Shown here: positions 1-8,825 of the stretch, one piece after another
Layout of the letters: every line of letters starts with the position of its first letter
How positions within the stretch are numbered: the stretch's first letter is position 1
IMG/VR virus record: IMGVR_UViG_3300003691_000020
Coordinates: 1-42,089 of that record
DNA: 42,089 bases
From: a virus
Direction: 5' to 3' (one strand)
Notes under the pieces: generated by a model
The model's input: only the letters and a program-made list of their open reading frames with translations
Database searches by the model: none
What the model was told of the DNA's origin: nothing
Program-made: the position numbers and the translations under genes

Positions 1-73
1 CAGCTTTTAACAAGAACTATTAATGGCGATCGTGGAAAAGGCGGCCGTATAATTTACACATTTACCCCTGAGA
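1..73. repeat. Terminal overlap, exact copy of 42017..42089 (circularisation overlap)
   Basis: The 73 nt at both window ends were compared base by base and are identical. Confidence 0.95.
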
Positions 74-885
74 ACGGAAGGACCGAACTTGTAATTCAAT
101 TCAGCGACACACCATCTGTAGATCAGTCTTATATGCAGATAGGCTGGAACGATGCGCCTCACATGACTGACGAAAAGAAAGAACGCTTGCTTGCTCAATA
201 TCCTGCACACCAAAGAAAGATGAGGTCTGAAGGCGAACCAATGCTTGGGCATGGTCGTATCTATGATATTGACGATGACTTTATTTTATGCGATCCGTTT
301 ATAATTCCTGATTTTTGGGGCGTTATTGTAGGTATGGATTTCGGTTGGGATCATCCGCAAGCATTCGTTAAGCTTGCGTTTGACCCAGATAATGATATAA
401 CATACGTAATTAACTCATGGAAAGCGGCAAAAGTTAGTGCCAATGATGCATGGGGAGCCGTGAAGCATTGGGCGGAAGGTGTTCCGGTAGCGTGGCCCGC
501 TGATGGGTTGCAGCATGAGAAGGGCAAAGACGTTGCAACGCAGCAGAAAAAGAATTGGAGTGACGCCGGATTCTCACTTATCTATGAGCATGCAACCTGG
601 CTTGAGGGTGGGGTATCGGTTGAGAGTGGGCTATATAAAATAGCCGACCTTCAGCGAAAGGGTAAGTATAAAGTATTTAAAGGCCAGCCTGCCCTCATGG
701 AAGAACACAGGCAATACCATAGAGACGAGAAAGGCAACATCGTAAAAGTTATGGATGACTTGCTTGACGCCGGGAGATATGGCAAGATGATGAAGCGATT
801 CGCAAAGAAACAAGGGCAAGTCGGAGTTACACCGAAACCATTTAAAAAACCAGCACCGATTAAACCAATGGGGAGGCGTGGGTAA
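1..885 (+). CDS. terL: Terminase large subunit, C-terminal (nuclease) part; same gene as 41429..42016 across the circular junction
   Basis: Frame 1 is open from base 1 and is in phase with 41429..42089 once 42017 is equated with base 1. Combined length is 490 aa. It immediately precedes the portal gene. Confidence 0.9.
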   Translation, partial: QLLTRTINGDRGKGGRIIYTFTPENGRTELVIQFSDTPSVDQSYMQIGWNDAPHMTDEKKERLLAQYPAHQRKMRSEGEPMLGHGRIYDIDDDFILCDPFIIPDFWGVIVGMDFGWDHPQAFVKLAFDPDNDITYVINSWKAAKVSANDAWGAVKHWAEGVPVAWPADGLQHEKGKDVATQQKKNWSDAGFSLIYEHATWLEGGVSVESGLYKIADLQRKGKYKVFKGQPALMEEHRQYHRDEKGNIVKVMDDLLDAGRYGKMMKRFAKKQGQVGVTPKPFKKPAPIKPMGRRG

Positions 886-3027
886 ATGCCTTTAGATCTT
901 AAAGAATTAATGAGACTTCACGACACAAGTTATTCGTCCGGTCAAGTGAATAGAGAACAGTCAGCAGATGATATGATTTTTCATTGGGTCACGCATTGGG
1001 ACGACCAGACACTTGAAGAGTCAACGCTTGGATATCGTGGTGAATTTGATTTACTTCGTAAGGCATACAGACAGATTATCGCAGAGCTTGCGGAAAATCC
1101 GGTTCAGGTTGATTTTGATCCGGTAGGCGATACAAAAGAAGATGTTGCTGACTTCCTTGATGGAATATACAGAACTGAAGACGGTGAGAACTCAACTATT
1201 GAGGCATACTCACAAGCAGAATCAGAGGCCGTTGTATGTGGCTGCGGTGCATGGGAGCTATACACCGAATACGAAGAGATGGGCGGAAACAATCGGAATC
1301 AGGTAATTAAAAGGCGTCCTCTTTACGAAGCAAACAACAATGTATATTGGGACCCTAATTCGAAGAGACTTGATCGGGAAGATGCTGGTTGGGTTGACGC
1401 TCTTGTGCCATACTCAGAAGACGGATACCGAAAGCTTGTTAAAGAAATGACCGGGGAAGAACTCGACGTTGGCATGCCTTCGTTCAAATATCCTGAGCAG
1501 AGTCATACATTTCCGTGGATCGGTGGCGAAGGTAAGAAGGTTTATGTCGTAAGGTTTTATCACAGAGAAAAAGTAAAATCAAAGATACTCACGTTCACAG
1601 ATCCTTTCGGTGAAACTCTGCAGTATAAAGAGTCAGAGGTGAAGGGGTATGAAGATTATATTATTGACATGGGGTTGAAACAGGACGAAGAAGCAACAAA
1701 GGCTGTTGAAGAGTATGAGGTTAGGCTTTACATTGCGTCCGGCGCCGAGATACTTAACGGAGAGATGAACGAGGAAACAGGAGAACGCGAAGGTGAGATT
1801 ATTGTAGGACAGAACCTGGCGATTGTCCCGATGTACGGTGAACGTGCTTTTATAGAAGGTGAGGAAACATACGAAGGTTTCGTTAAGCTTGCTAAAGATC
1901 CTCAGCGACTGAGAGACTTTGCTTTATCCTATGAGGCCGATGTTCTTTCAAGATCTCCACGGCCTAAACCTATCTACTGGCAAGAGCAGATTGCCGGACA
2001 TGAGGATATGTATGGCGAGACAGGATCAGAAAACAACTATCCTTATTTAATTATGAACCGGGTCGCAGAGGATGGTACGCCTCTACCTGTTCAAGCAATT
2101 GGTGTATCGCCTGAGCAAACAATACCACAATCAGTCTTCGAAATGATCGACCAGACCAGACAGGCCGTTGAAGATGTCGCCAACCCTGGCATACCTCAAG
2201 ACGTTGCTGATCCTGATATGAGCGGTAAGGCTATCCATGCGATACAGGCGAGAATCGATAAGCAATCAATCATTTATCAGATCCACAGGAAGCATGCAAA
2301 ACGAAGAGATTCAAAGATATATGCTGGCATGGCTGCTGAGATATTCGACGTTCCAAGAAAGATGACGGTCACGAAGAAAGATGGTTCAAGAAGCGAAGAC
2401 GAGATTATGAAGTCTACAATAGGCGAAGACGGAAATGTTGTCGTTCTTAATGACTTTAGGGACGCATCTTTTAAAACATACTCAAAGATCGGCCCAAGTT
2501 ATTCAAGTCAGAAGGAGCAGACCGTTGAACGTATCACAATGATGATACCCAACATGGACCCAGGCGACCCGATAAGACGAGCATTACTATTAAAGTCTCT
2601 TGAACTAATGGATGGCGTAGAGTTTGACGACATTAAAGAATACGCAAAGAAAGAGCTTATCTTGTCAGGAATCACAGAACCAGAGACAGACGAAGAAAAA
2701 GCAATGCTTGAGCAGGCGCAGAACCAACCGCAGAAACCAGACGCTAACATGCAACTTGCATTAGCTGAGATGGAAAAGGCAAAAGTAGGGCACGAAAAGA
2801 ATCAGATTGAAGTCATGAAGATTCAAGCCAACACACAGAACGAAAACGTTAAGCGCATGATTGATAAGTTTGGAGCAATAACAGACAGGCTTGAAACTCA
2901 GATATCGGCGCAAGAAGCCGGGGCAAACATAGACTTTAAACGTGCAGAGAGAATGGATAAGCAGGTTGAGACTGCTATTGAAGATATGAGTGACGACGAT
3001 CTAATGCAAATAGCGATGGGGCAATAA
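886..3027 (+). CDS. Portal protein, P22 gp1-like
   Basis: 713 aa. Motifs match remembered P22 gp1: GYRGEFDLL, GCGAWELYTEYEE..NQVIKRRPLY, VYWDPNSK, YEGFVKLAKDPQRLRDF, PIYWQEQIAGHEDMY, YPYLIMNR. It has a long helical Q/E-rich C-terminal barrel. The ATG abuts the terL stop. Confidence 0.95.
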   Translation: MPLDLKELMRLHDTSYSSGQVNREQSADDMIFHWVTHWDDQTLEESTLGYRGEFDLLRKAYRQIIAELAENPVQVDFDPVGDTKEDVADFLDGIYRTEDGENSTIEAYSQAESEAVVCGCGAWELYTEYEEMGGNNRNQVIKRRPLYEANNNVYWDPNSKRLDREDAGWVDALVPYSEDGYRKLVKEMTGEELDVGMPSFKYPEQSHTFPWIGGEGKKVYVVRFYHREKVKSKILTFTDPFGETLQYKESEVKGYEDYIIDMGLKQDEEATKAVEEYEVRLYIASGAEILNGEMNEETGEREGEIIVGQNLAIVPMYGERAFIEGEETYEGFVKLAKDPQRLRDFALSYEADVLSRSPRPKPIYWQEQIAGHEDMYGETGSENNYPYLIMNRVAEDGTPLPVQAIGVSPEQTIPQSVFEMIDQTRQAVEDVANPGIPQDVADPDMSGKAIHAIQARIDKQSIIYQIHRKHAKRRDSKIYAGMAAEIFDVPRKMTVTKKDGSRSEDEIMKSTIGEDGNVVVLNDFRDASFKTYSKIGPSYSSQKEQTVERITMMIPNMDPGDPIRRALLLKSLELMDGVEFDDIKEYAKKELILSGITEPETDEEKAMLEQAQNQPQKPDANMQLALAEMEKAKVGHEKNQIEVMKIQANTQNENVKRMIDKFGAITDRLETQISAQEAGANIDFKRAERMDKQVETAIEDMSDDDLMQIAMGQ

Positions 3028-3393
3028 ATGAAATTACATATAAAAGACACTCACACATTTGAACAGCAAACATTTGAATACGGTAATGAATGCTGGTTTG
3101 TCTCAAGGCTTGTTGAAAAAGCAAAAGACTTGCCTGTACAGGAAATGCCACTAACGGCTTTAAATACATGCAATCTATACCCAACGTCTAAAACTATGGC
3201 TCAGTTTGTAAACCATGTCAGGAAGGTTAACAACGCTGATTTATCATACCCCATTATCTTGGATGACGAGGGTTATGTTATGGATGGTAGGCACAGAATA
3301 GCAAAGGCACTGCTCGAAGGCAAAGAGACTATAAAATTTGTTAGGTTCGAAGAGACTCCTTACCGAGATTATGAAAAAGCGGAGAATAAATGA
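3028..3393 (+). CDS. ParB N-terminal/sulfiredoxin-like nuclease domain protein
   Basis: 121 aa with a DGRHR motif (DGxHR) after ILDDEGYVM. The start abuts the portal stop. Confidence 0.8.
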   Translation: MKLHIKDTHTFEQQTFEYGNECWFVSRLVEKAKDLPVQEMPLTALNTCNLYPTSKTMAQFVNHVRKVNNADLSYPIILDDEGYVMDGRHRIAKALLEGKETIKFVRFEETPYRDYEKAENK

Positions 3394-3521
3394 ATATAAC
3401 AAAAGTTGCTAAATATATTACCGACTTAATGGCTCGTAAATGGTACGGTAAATTGACATTAAGCATTGAAGCTGGTAAGATTACTTTAATAAAGCACGAA
3501 GAAACGATACGAGAATTATAA
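3390..3521 (+). CDS. Small protein, YezD/DUF2292-like
   Basis: 43 aa, not in the ORF track. ATGA overlap with the upstream stop. YGKLTLSIEAGKITLIKHEETIREL resembles the DUF2292 core (GxxTLxxxxGKxxxIxxxEKxxL). Ends 1 nt before the first tRNA. Confidence 0.55.
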   Translation: MNITKVAKYITDLMARKWYGKLTLSIEAGKITLIKHEETIREL

Positions 3522-3598
3522 CAGGGAGTGGCTCAGATGGGTAGAGCGGTGGCTTTGGAAGCCTCAGGCCGTTGGTTCAAGTCCAACCTCCCTGACCA
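3522..3598 (+). tRNA. tRNA-Pro (anticodon UGG), CCA encoded
   Basis: Hand-folded cloverleaf. Acceptor CAGGGAG/CTCCCTG, D arm GCTC..GAGC, anticodon stem GTGGC/GCCTC (one mismatch), loop TTTGGAA, T arm GTTGG-TTCAAGT-CCAAC, then A-CCA. Confidence 0.85.
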
Positions 3599-3606
3599 AA
3601 ATATGC

Positions 3607-3680
3607 AGGTTGCTGGTGTAGTGGCAACATACTTGACTTTGAATCAAGTGTCTTAGGTTCGATTCCTGGGCTACCTGCCA
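3607..3680 (+). tRNA. tRNA-Gln (anticodon UUG), CCA encoded
   Basis: Acceptor AGGTTGC/GCTACCT (one mismatch), anticodon stem CTTGA/TCAAG, loop CTTTGAA, T loop TTCGATT, discriminator G plus CCA. Confidence 0.85.
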
Positions 3681-3684
3681 ACAT

Positions 3685-3760
3685 GTGGCTGAATGCAAAC
3701 CGGTACGCAGTCAGGATGTGACCCTGATGCAAGAAGGTTCGAGACCTTCCGGTCACCCCA
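3685..3760 (+). tRNA. tRNA-His (anticodon GUG), CCA encoded, no encoded G-1
   Basis: Acceptor GTGGCTG/CGGTCAC (two GU pairs), G18G19 present, anticodon stem TCAGG/CCTGA, loop ATGTGAC, T arm GAAGG-TTCGAGA-CCTTC, C73 plus CCA. The base at -1 is T. Confidence 0.8.
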
Positions 3761-3789
3761 ACAATTTAACATAGGTATCAAAACAATTG

Positions 3790-3846
3790 AGCCTTAGTGT
3801 TAGCGTAAGACCTTGATAGGCGGCTAATGTTAAGGCTTTTTTGTAT
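3790..3846 (+). terminator. Rho-independent terminator-like hairpin after the tRNA cluster
   Basis: 14-bp stem GCCTTAGTGTTAGC/GCTAATGTTAAGGC (three GU pairs) followed by TTTTTTGTATTTT. Confidence 0.6.
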
Positions 3847-3910
3847 TTTATAACCATAACGCGATAATCAAAGACCGACAAGGCAAACGCTGAAGGTCAA
3901 GGAGAAGCAA

Positions 3911-4921
3911 ATGGGATTCAAAGAACAAATTGCAGCTAACGAAAGCGAAGAAGAGGTTATAATTGAAGAAGAAATAATCATCGAAAACGCTGACGATATA
4001 CCAGCCGAAGGTGACGATGAAGAGGCTTTAGACGAAAACGGTGAACCCGTAGTTCTCGAAGAGTGGCAGAAAGCAGAAGCCGACATAGAGACAGACGGAG
4101 ACAAGCCAAAACCCGAGAAGTCTTTAAAAGCAAAGAAGAAGCTCAAAGGATTATTGACTGAGCGCGAAACCGAACTGACAGAGCAGCAAAAAGAGAATGA
4201 ACGGCTCCGCTTAGAGAATGAGAAACTTAGAGCAGGATCTTTGACAAATTCAGAACAAGGCCAGCTTAAACGACCCGTTGAAGAAGATTTTGAGGACGAA
4301 GACGGTTACGTTGACAAATCAAAGTACCATGCTGCTCAAGATGCGTATGATGATCAACGGTACGAGCAAAGGCAGGCTAAGAAGAACGCAAGCAGCGAAA
4401 TCAAGGCAATAAATGAATCTATATCTGAAGGAGTTGACGCACATTATACCAGGGCTGAAGAACTTGTTGAGGCAAGTGGTATCAATCCTGATGTTTATAA
4501 GTCAGCAGATATTAAATTCAAAAAGGCCATTGAAGAGGTCGTGCCAAAGAATGGAATGGCTGTCGCTGACCTTCTTATATCCTCACTTGGTGAAGGATCG
4601 GAAAAGGCAATTTTCTTTGTAGGCAATAACGACGCTGCAAGGGAAAAATTTAAAGCTCTTCTATCTAAAGACTCAAGCGGGTTTAAAGCTGCTATGTATT
4701 TAGGAGAAGAAAAACAACGACTTAAAACTAATTCGCCAGCGAAACAGGTATCAAAAGCAAAGGCCCCGGCAACAAAGATTAAAGGCGATGCTCCTCCAAG
4801 CGGTGTGTCAAGCAAAATACAAAAGCAGTACGACAAAGCACACGCAGAAGGAAACACGGGCAAAGCAATCAAGATTAAACGCCAGGCCAAGAAAGACAAG
4901 ATAGATACCTCCCGTTGGTAA
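3911..4921 (+). CDS. Scaffolding protein (by position and composition)
   Basis: 336 aa. Acidic N-terminus, coiled-coil E/K/Q-rich middle, basic C-terminus. It sits between portal and coat as P22 gp8 does. SD is AAGGAGAAG. Confidence 0.75.
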   Translation: MGFKEQIAANESEEEVIIEEEIIIENADDIPAEGDDEEALDENGEPVVLEEWQKAEADIETDGDKPKPEKSLKAKKKLKGLLTERETELTEQQKENERLRLENEKLRAGSLTNSEQGQLKRPVEEDFEDEDGYVDKSKYHAAQDAYDDQRYEQRQAKKNASSEIKAINESISEGVDAHYTRAEELVEASGINPDVYKSADIKFKKAIEEVVPKNGMAVADLLISSLGEGSEKAIFFVGNNDAAREKFKALLSKDSSGFKAAMYLGEEKQRLKTNSPAKQVSKAKAPATKIKGDAPPSGVSSKIQKQYDKAHAEGNTGKAIKIKRQAKKDKIDTSRW

Positions 4922-4932
4922 GGAGAATATAA

Positions 4933-6210
4933 ATGGCAACTACAGGTAAAATAGTAGAAGTATTATTTGAAAACGCTCTTGAAACGCATGAGCTTGAACC
5001 GCAGTTACTTGAACTGACAACACTTGTTACACCAGATGCAGCTATGATGCAAAACTCTGGTGATGTTCAGTGGCGCACAGTTGATCAACATGCAGACCTT
5101 TTCAGCGGGTTCGATGCAACTGGTCAGGAATCAGAAATCATTGAAGAAGAGTACCCCCGTATCCTTGGTGTCCCAACGAACGATTTACCAAAACAGCGTA
5201 TCGATAAATTAAGAGATATGCAGTTTTGGAAAAGACGTGGTCAGGAATCCGGCAAGCAGCAGGCGCGAGAGTGCAACAAGCAGATTGCGGTTGCAATGGC
5301 GAAGCAGGCAGGTATGTATTACAGGTCGAATGCTACAAGCGGGTTTGATTTCCTTGACGAGGCATCTGTCCTTATGTCTGAACGCCAGTTGGCAAGCACT
5401 GAATCGTGTTTCATGATTAACCCTCGTGATATGAGTACCTTCGCAAAAGATTTGGCAGCACGTCAGACAATCAAAGGTAGACCAGAAGACACATGGAAGA
5501 CTGGGCAAATTGGGTCCGGCGTTTCCGAATTTGACGGTATTTATAAAGGCAATTACCTGCCAAATATCCTGGGCGGCGCTGCTTCAACAACCGTAACAGG
5601 AAACCATACCTTTAAACCTGAAGGCGGAACAGCCGATCAGGATGCGGGCACAGTAACAAACGTTGACTACAGAAATGCAACACTTATCGTTGCAGATTCA
5701 AGTGTATTCGTTGCAGGTAGTAAGGTTACTATCTCAAACAGCGGGACTACCGTTAAGGCTCTTGGGCTTGCAGATAAAACAGATACCGGGCAGGCAATGA
5801 CATTTACGGTTAAAAGCATTACAGATGCAACTCACATCGTGATCTCACCGAAGCCGATTGCATACGATGACTCAAGCCTTACAAGACTTGAAAAGCAGTA
5901 TGCCAATATCGATACACAGATATTGAACACCGCGACTGTTGACCGAGCAAACGTTGACGCATCCAAGAAAGTCAACCTTTTCTGGGACAAGTCAGCTGTT
6001 GAAGTTATCGGTGGAACAATGCCTATTGAGTTGTTTGGTGACATGGCTGGTAAAAAGTATATCTCTGAAACACTCGCCAACGGCCTTGAGATGTACATGA
6101 TTTACGATGGCGATATCCTGACCCTTGATTTCCGTTTCAGAATCTTCACATGGTACGGTATCACAATTGCTAATCCATCAGCGGTTGGCGTTGCAACAAC
6201 TTATTCATAA
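4933..6210 (+). CDS. Major capsid (coat) protein, P22 gp5-like
   Basis: 425 aa. Motifs match remembered P22 gp5: HIVISPKPIAYDDSSLT..EKQYANIDT, VNLFWDKSAVEVIGGTMP, FRIFTWYGITIANPSAVGV. Confidence 0.95.
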   Translation: MATTGKIVEVLFENALETHELEPQLLELTTLVTPDAAMMQNSGDVQWRTVDQHADLFSGFDATGQESEIIEEEYPRILGVPTNDLPKQRIDKLRDMQFWKRRGQESGKQQARECNKQIAVAMAKQAGMYYRSNATSGFDFLDEASVLMSERQLASTESCFMINPRDMSTFAKDLAARQTIKGRPEDTWKTGQIGSGVSEFDGIYKGNYLPNILGGAASTTVTGNHTFKPEGGTADQDAGTVTNVDYRNATLIVADSSVFVAGSKVTISNSGTTVKALGLADKTDTGQAMTFTVKSITDATHIVISPKPIAYDDSSLTRLEKQYANIDTQILNTATVDRANVDASKKVNLFWDKSAVEVIGGTMPIELFGDMAGKKYISETLANGLEMYMIYDGDILTLDFRFRIFTWYGITIANPSAVGVATTYS

Positions 6211-6217
6211 AACTTAA

Positions 6218-6237
6218 CCCGGGCTTAATACCCCGGG
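6218..6237 (+). terminator. Short GC hairpin just after the coat gene (possible attenuator)
   Basis: CCCGGG-cttaatac-CCCGGG. No U tract follows. Confidence 0.35.
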
Positions 6238-6253
6238 CATAAAGGAGCATAAC

Positions 6254-6622
6254 ATGCCTAAAATTGTAAACTTTGACTTCAGACATTATTCGAAAACAAC
6301 AGAATACGTAGAAAGTCCAATCCTTGCGGTTGCGGCTGACGTGTTGGTAATGCCTTTAACGCACCCGTATATTGAGAAGACTACCGGCGCAGATGCCGAA
6401 GCTCTAACGCTGGCAGACGGTGAGCCAGGGCAGACGGTACAGATTGAACTTAAGGTTGACGGCGGTGGTACTGGTACATTGACACCGGCTACTGCTTCAG
6501 GATTTTCAACGATTGCCTTTGCTGATGCTGGCGATACAGCGATACTCGGATACGTAGACGATACAGTGGGATGGATAATCCGAGGTGTTTGGGGACTTAC
6601 AGCACAACCAACAGTAGCATAA
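6254..6622 (+). CDS. Hypothetical head-module protein (small beta domain; possible decoration or fibre protein)
   Basis: 122 aa with SD AAAGGAG. It shares the pattern TL.(D/E)G..G....I ... DT..L.Y.DD..GW with the C-terminus of the 10250..10846 product. Confidence 0.8.
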   Translation: MPKIVNFDFRHYSKTTEYVESPILAVAADVLVMPLTHPYIEKTTGADAEALTLADGEPGQTVQIELKVDGGGTGTLTPATASGFSTIAFADAGDTAILGYVDDTVGWIIRGVWGLTAQPTVA

Positions 6623-6632
6623 TTAATCCTTT

Positions 6633-6657
6633 GGGGTGACTATGGTATAGCCACCCC
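6633..6657 (+). terminator. Stable hairpin after the 122-aa gene
   Basis: GGGGTGACTAT-ggt-ATAGCCACCCC, 10 of 11 positions paired. No U tract follows. Confidence 0.4.
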
Positions 6658-6677
6658 TCAGAACAAAGGAGAACACA

Positions 6678-7640
6678 ATGGGTAACAGAGATTTTTTCCA
6701 CACAGGTTTAAACGTCGGTAGAAGTGACATTGCAAAGGCTATTGGTTTACAGGGTCCCGGTAATTCTTATTATGTCGATTACGGCAATGGCGTCGACACA
6801 AACAGCGGTACCACATGGGCCACAGCCTTTAAAACATACAGTAAAGCTGTCAGCGCTTGCACAACAAATCAGAATGATATCATTTATGTTAACGGAGTCG
6901 CTGAAGTTGTTGAAACAGCAATGGTGACACTAAGTAAAAGCCGGGTTCACACCATTGGCGTTAACGGACCGTTAGGACATTATGGACCCGGTGCAAGAAT
7001 AAGCCTTGGTATTACAGTGGCAGCAACAGACATTGCCACCTTTAAAAACACAGGCGTTAGAAATACTTTCACAGGTATTAAGTTCTCTAACTCGAACACT
7101 GTGGCAGAAGGTCTTTACTGTGTTGCAGAAGGCGGAGAATACGCGCGATATTTCAATTGCGAATTTTACAAGTCAACAGATCTTGACGACGCCGGCGCTT
7201 CTGAGTTTCTTCACAATGGAGATAGCACACAGTTTTATAATTGCACATTCGGAAGTTCTGCAAATGAAACAGGTAATATCCGGGCAAACGTTCTCTTGAC
7301 TGCTACACTTGCCGGTAAAAAATGCCGTGATACTTATTTCGAAAACTGCCTATTCTTGGCGAAAGCTGACGATACAGACAAAGTCATGGTGTACGGAGCA
7401 AACGCAACAGACGTTGAAAGAATGTTGCTGATGAAGAATTGTGTGTTTGTAAACAACCTGCTTGGGGCTGGTACTCCTGCTCACGCGGTTGGGTTTGGTG
7501 CTGCACAGACACAGGGATCTGTTATTCTAAAGGACTGCGCTTCTGTAGACTGCACTGTAATGGCAGAGGCCGGAGTGGCTATTTATGTGAGTGGTGCCGT
7601 TCCGACATTCGCGACATCAGGCGTATCAGTAACAGTTTAA
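6678..7640 (+). CDS. Right-handed parallel beta-helix (pectate-lyase-fold) protein
   Basis: 320 aa. N-terminus YYVDYGNGVDTNSGTTWATAFKTYSKAV. Repeated rungs of the type F.NC.F (YFNCEFY, FYNCTFG, YFENCLFL, MKNCVFV). Confidence 0.8.
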   Translation: MGNRDFFHTGLNVGRSDIAKAIGLQGPGNSYYVDYGNGVDTNSGTTWATAFKTYSKAVSACTTNQNDIIYVNGVAEVVETAMVTLSKSRVHTIGVNGPLGHYGPGARISLGITVAATDIATFKNTGVRNTFTGIKFSNSNTVAEGLYCVAEGGEYARYFNCEFYKSTDLDDAGASEFLHNGDSTQFYNCTFGSSANETGNIRANVLLTATLAGKKCRDTYFENCLFLAKADDTDKVMVYGANATDVERMLLMKNCVFVNNLLGAGTPAHAVGFGAAQTQGSVILKDCASVDCTVMAEAGVAIYVSGAVPTFATSGVSVTV

Positions 7641-7679
7641 AAAATGGTGGGGGCTTCGGCCCTCGCTTTAGGAGAAAAT

Positions 7680-8066
7680 ATGTCAGTCGTACTTTACAAG
7701 AAAGGCGTAGACGTAGATATGAACGGTTTAAACTGCGACATTTTAGTTGTTGCTCCTGAGCTGTTCAACGCGAATCAATTACCGGGTGGGTGGTTCTTGA
7801 CCCCTAAAGATGCGTACCGAGACACAGAAGAAGAGGCAGCAGAAAAGGATCGGTTGCGCTTAGAAGTTCAGCAAAAAGAAATAGAAGACAGTTTTAAAGA
7901 AATTGAAGTTGAAGAAGTAACTATTGAAGCCAAGCCAGAAGAAAAGCCAAAAGAAGTAAAAGCTTTAACATGTAATGCCAAGATAAGAAACGACGCAAAA
8001 GAAGCAGGGATTGAGGACTGGAAAAAAGCAAGGATTGAAACCCTTAAAGATAAATTAAAGGCGTAG
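7680..8066 (+). CDS. Hypothetical protein with a HeH/Rho-N-like C-terminal helix pair
   Basis: I prefer the ATG at 7680 (SD AGGAG 5 nt upstream) over the track start at 7644, which lies inside a GGGC-ttcg-GCCC hairpin. The C-terminus IRNDAKEAGIEDWKKARIETLKDKL is HeH-like. Confidence 0.7.
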   Translation: MSVVLYKKGVDVDMNGLNCDILVVAPELFNANQLPGGWFLTPKDAYRDTEEEAAEKDRLRLEVQQKEIEDSFKEIEVEEVTIEAKPEEKPKEVKALTCNAKIRNDAKEAGIEDWKKARIETLKDKLKA

Positions 8067-8069
8067 GGT

Positions 8070-8825
8070 ATGGCCCAATATTTAAAAGGCGATTGTGTCA
8101 ACAACGCATATACAGAGCTAAGAATCTCAGGGTTGACAAGTGAGCCAAGCAGCGGAGAGAAAGCGGTGGCATTACGTAGGCTTGAAGGTATGGCGAATGA
8201 ATACCTAAAAAGAAATGTCTGTGTTGGTTATAATCTTGAAGACGATCCAGACTTTAATTCATCAGCAGGAATACCGGCAGAGTATCAAGAGTCGTTTGAG
8301 CTTTGCTTAGCCCGTAGATTGATTTCCACATTCGGTAAAGGCTCAATGGATAAAATAGATCCAGAATTATTAAAAAGACAGAGCGCTGCCTTTTCTTTCT
8401 TGTCATCGTCTACGGCACCAAAGAGGCAGACTCAAGCAGGGTCACGAATGCCACTTGGTAACGGTAATACATTGCGGAATTTCAGATACAGGCGGTTCAA
8501 TAGACCAGTTCCACAAGTTCCTTTATCATGTGCAAGCAAGGTTATGACTGTTAACGCCACAAATGATTTTATAGAGCATTTCGATTCTTTCCTTATAGAC
8601 TCAGAAACTATTGCGTCTTACACTATCGATGCTGATACCGGCCTAACAATTGTATCAAGTTCTTTATCATCTCCTGACGTGCTTTACAGGATAAACGCAG
8701 CCGGGAGCAGTTCAGAAAGGTCAGACACCTTTCTACAAGTATTGGTTATCGCAACAACAAGCACCGGAAGAATTGAGCCAAGAACAATTAACTTTGAATT
8801 AAAACCGGAGACGATAATTGCCTGA
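8070..8825 (+). CDS. Head-to-tail adaptor, P22 gp4-like, with an about 90-aa C-terminal extension
   Basis: 251 aa. GSRMPLGNGNT matches P22 gp4 PSRMPTGSGNS, and the N-terminal helix pattern is similar. P22 gp4 is 166 aa, so the C-terminus is extra and rich in beta-strand-forming residues. Confidence 0.8.
   Translation: MAQYLKGDCVNNAYTELRISGLTSEPSSGEKAVALRRLEGMANEYLKRNVCVGYNLEDDPDFNSSAGIPAEYQESFELCLARRLISTFGKGSMDKIDPELLKRQSAAFSFLSSSTAPKRQTQAGSRMPLGNGNTLRNFRYRRFNRPVPQVPLSCASKVMTVNATNDFIEHFDSFLIDSETIASYTIDADTGLTIVSSSLSSPDVLYRINAAGSSSERSDTFLQVLVIATTSTGRIEPRTINFELKPETIIA

Noticed and set aside
1-73. The 73-bp end repeat as a genuine direct terminal repeat or cos region
   Set aside because: It lies in the middle of the terL coding sequence and restores that ORF when collapsed. 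This is typical of an assembler overlap on a circular or circularly permuted genome.
3522-3760. Suppressor tRNA among the three phage tRNAs
   Set aside because: The hand-folded anticodon loops read UGG (Pro), UUG (Gln) and GUG (His). None is complementary to a stop codon.
7439-7759. 106-aa Cys/Arg-rich plus-strand ORF, and the 6724..6927 and 7006..7299 ORFs
   Set aside because: They are out-of-frame overlaps of the beta-helix gene, without an SD and with atypical composition.
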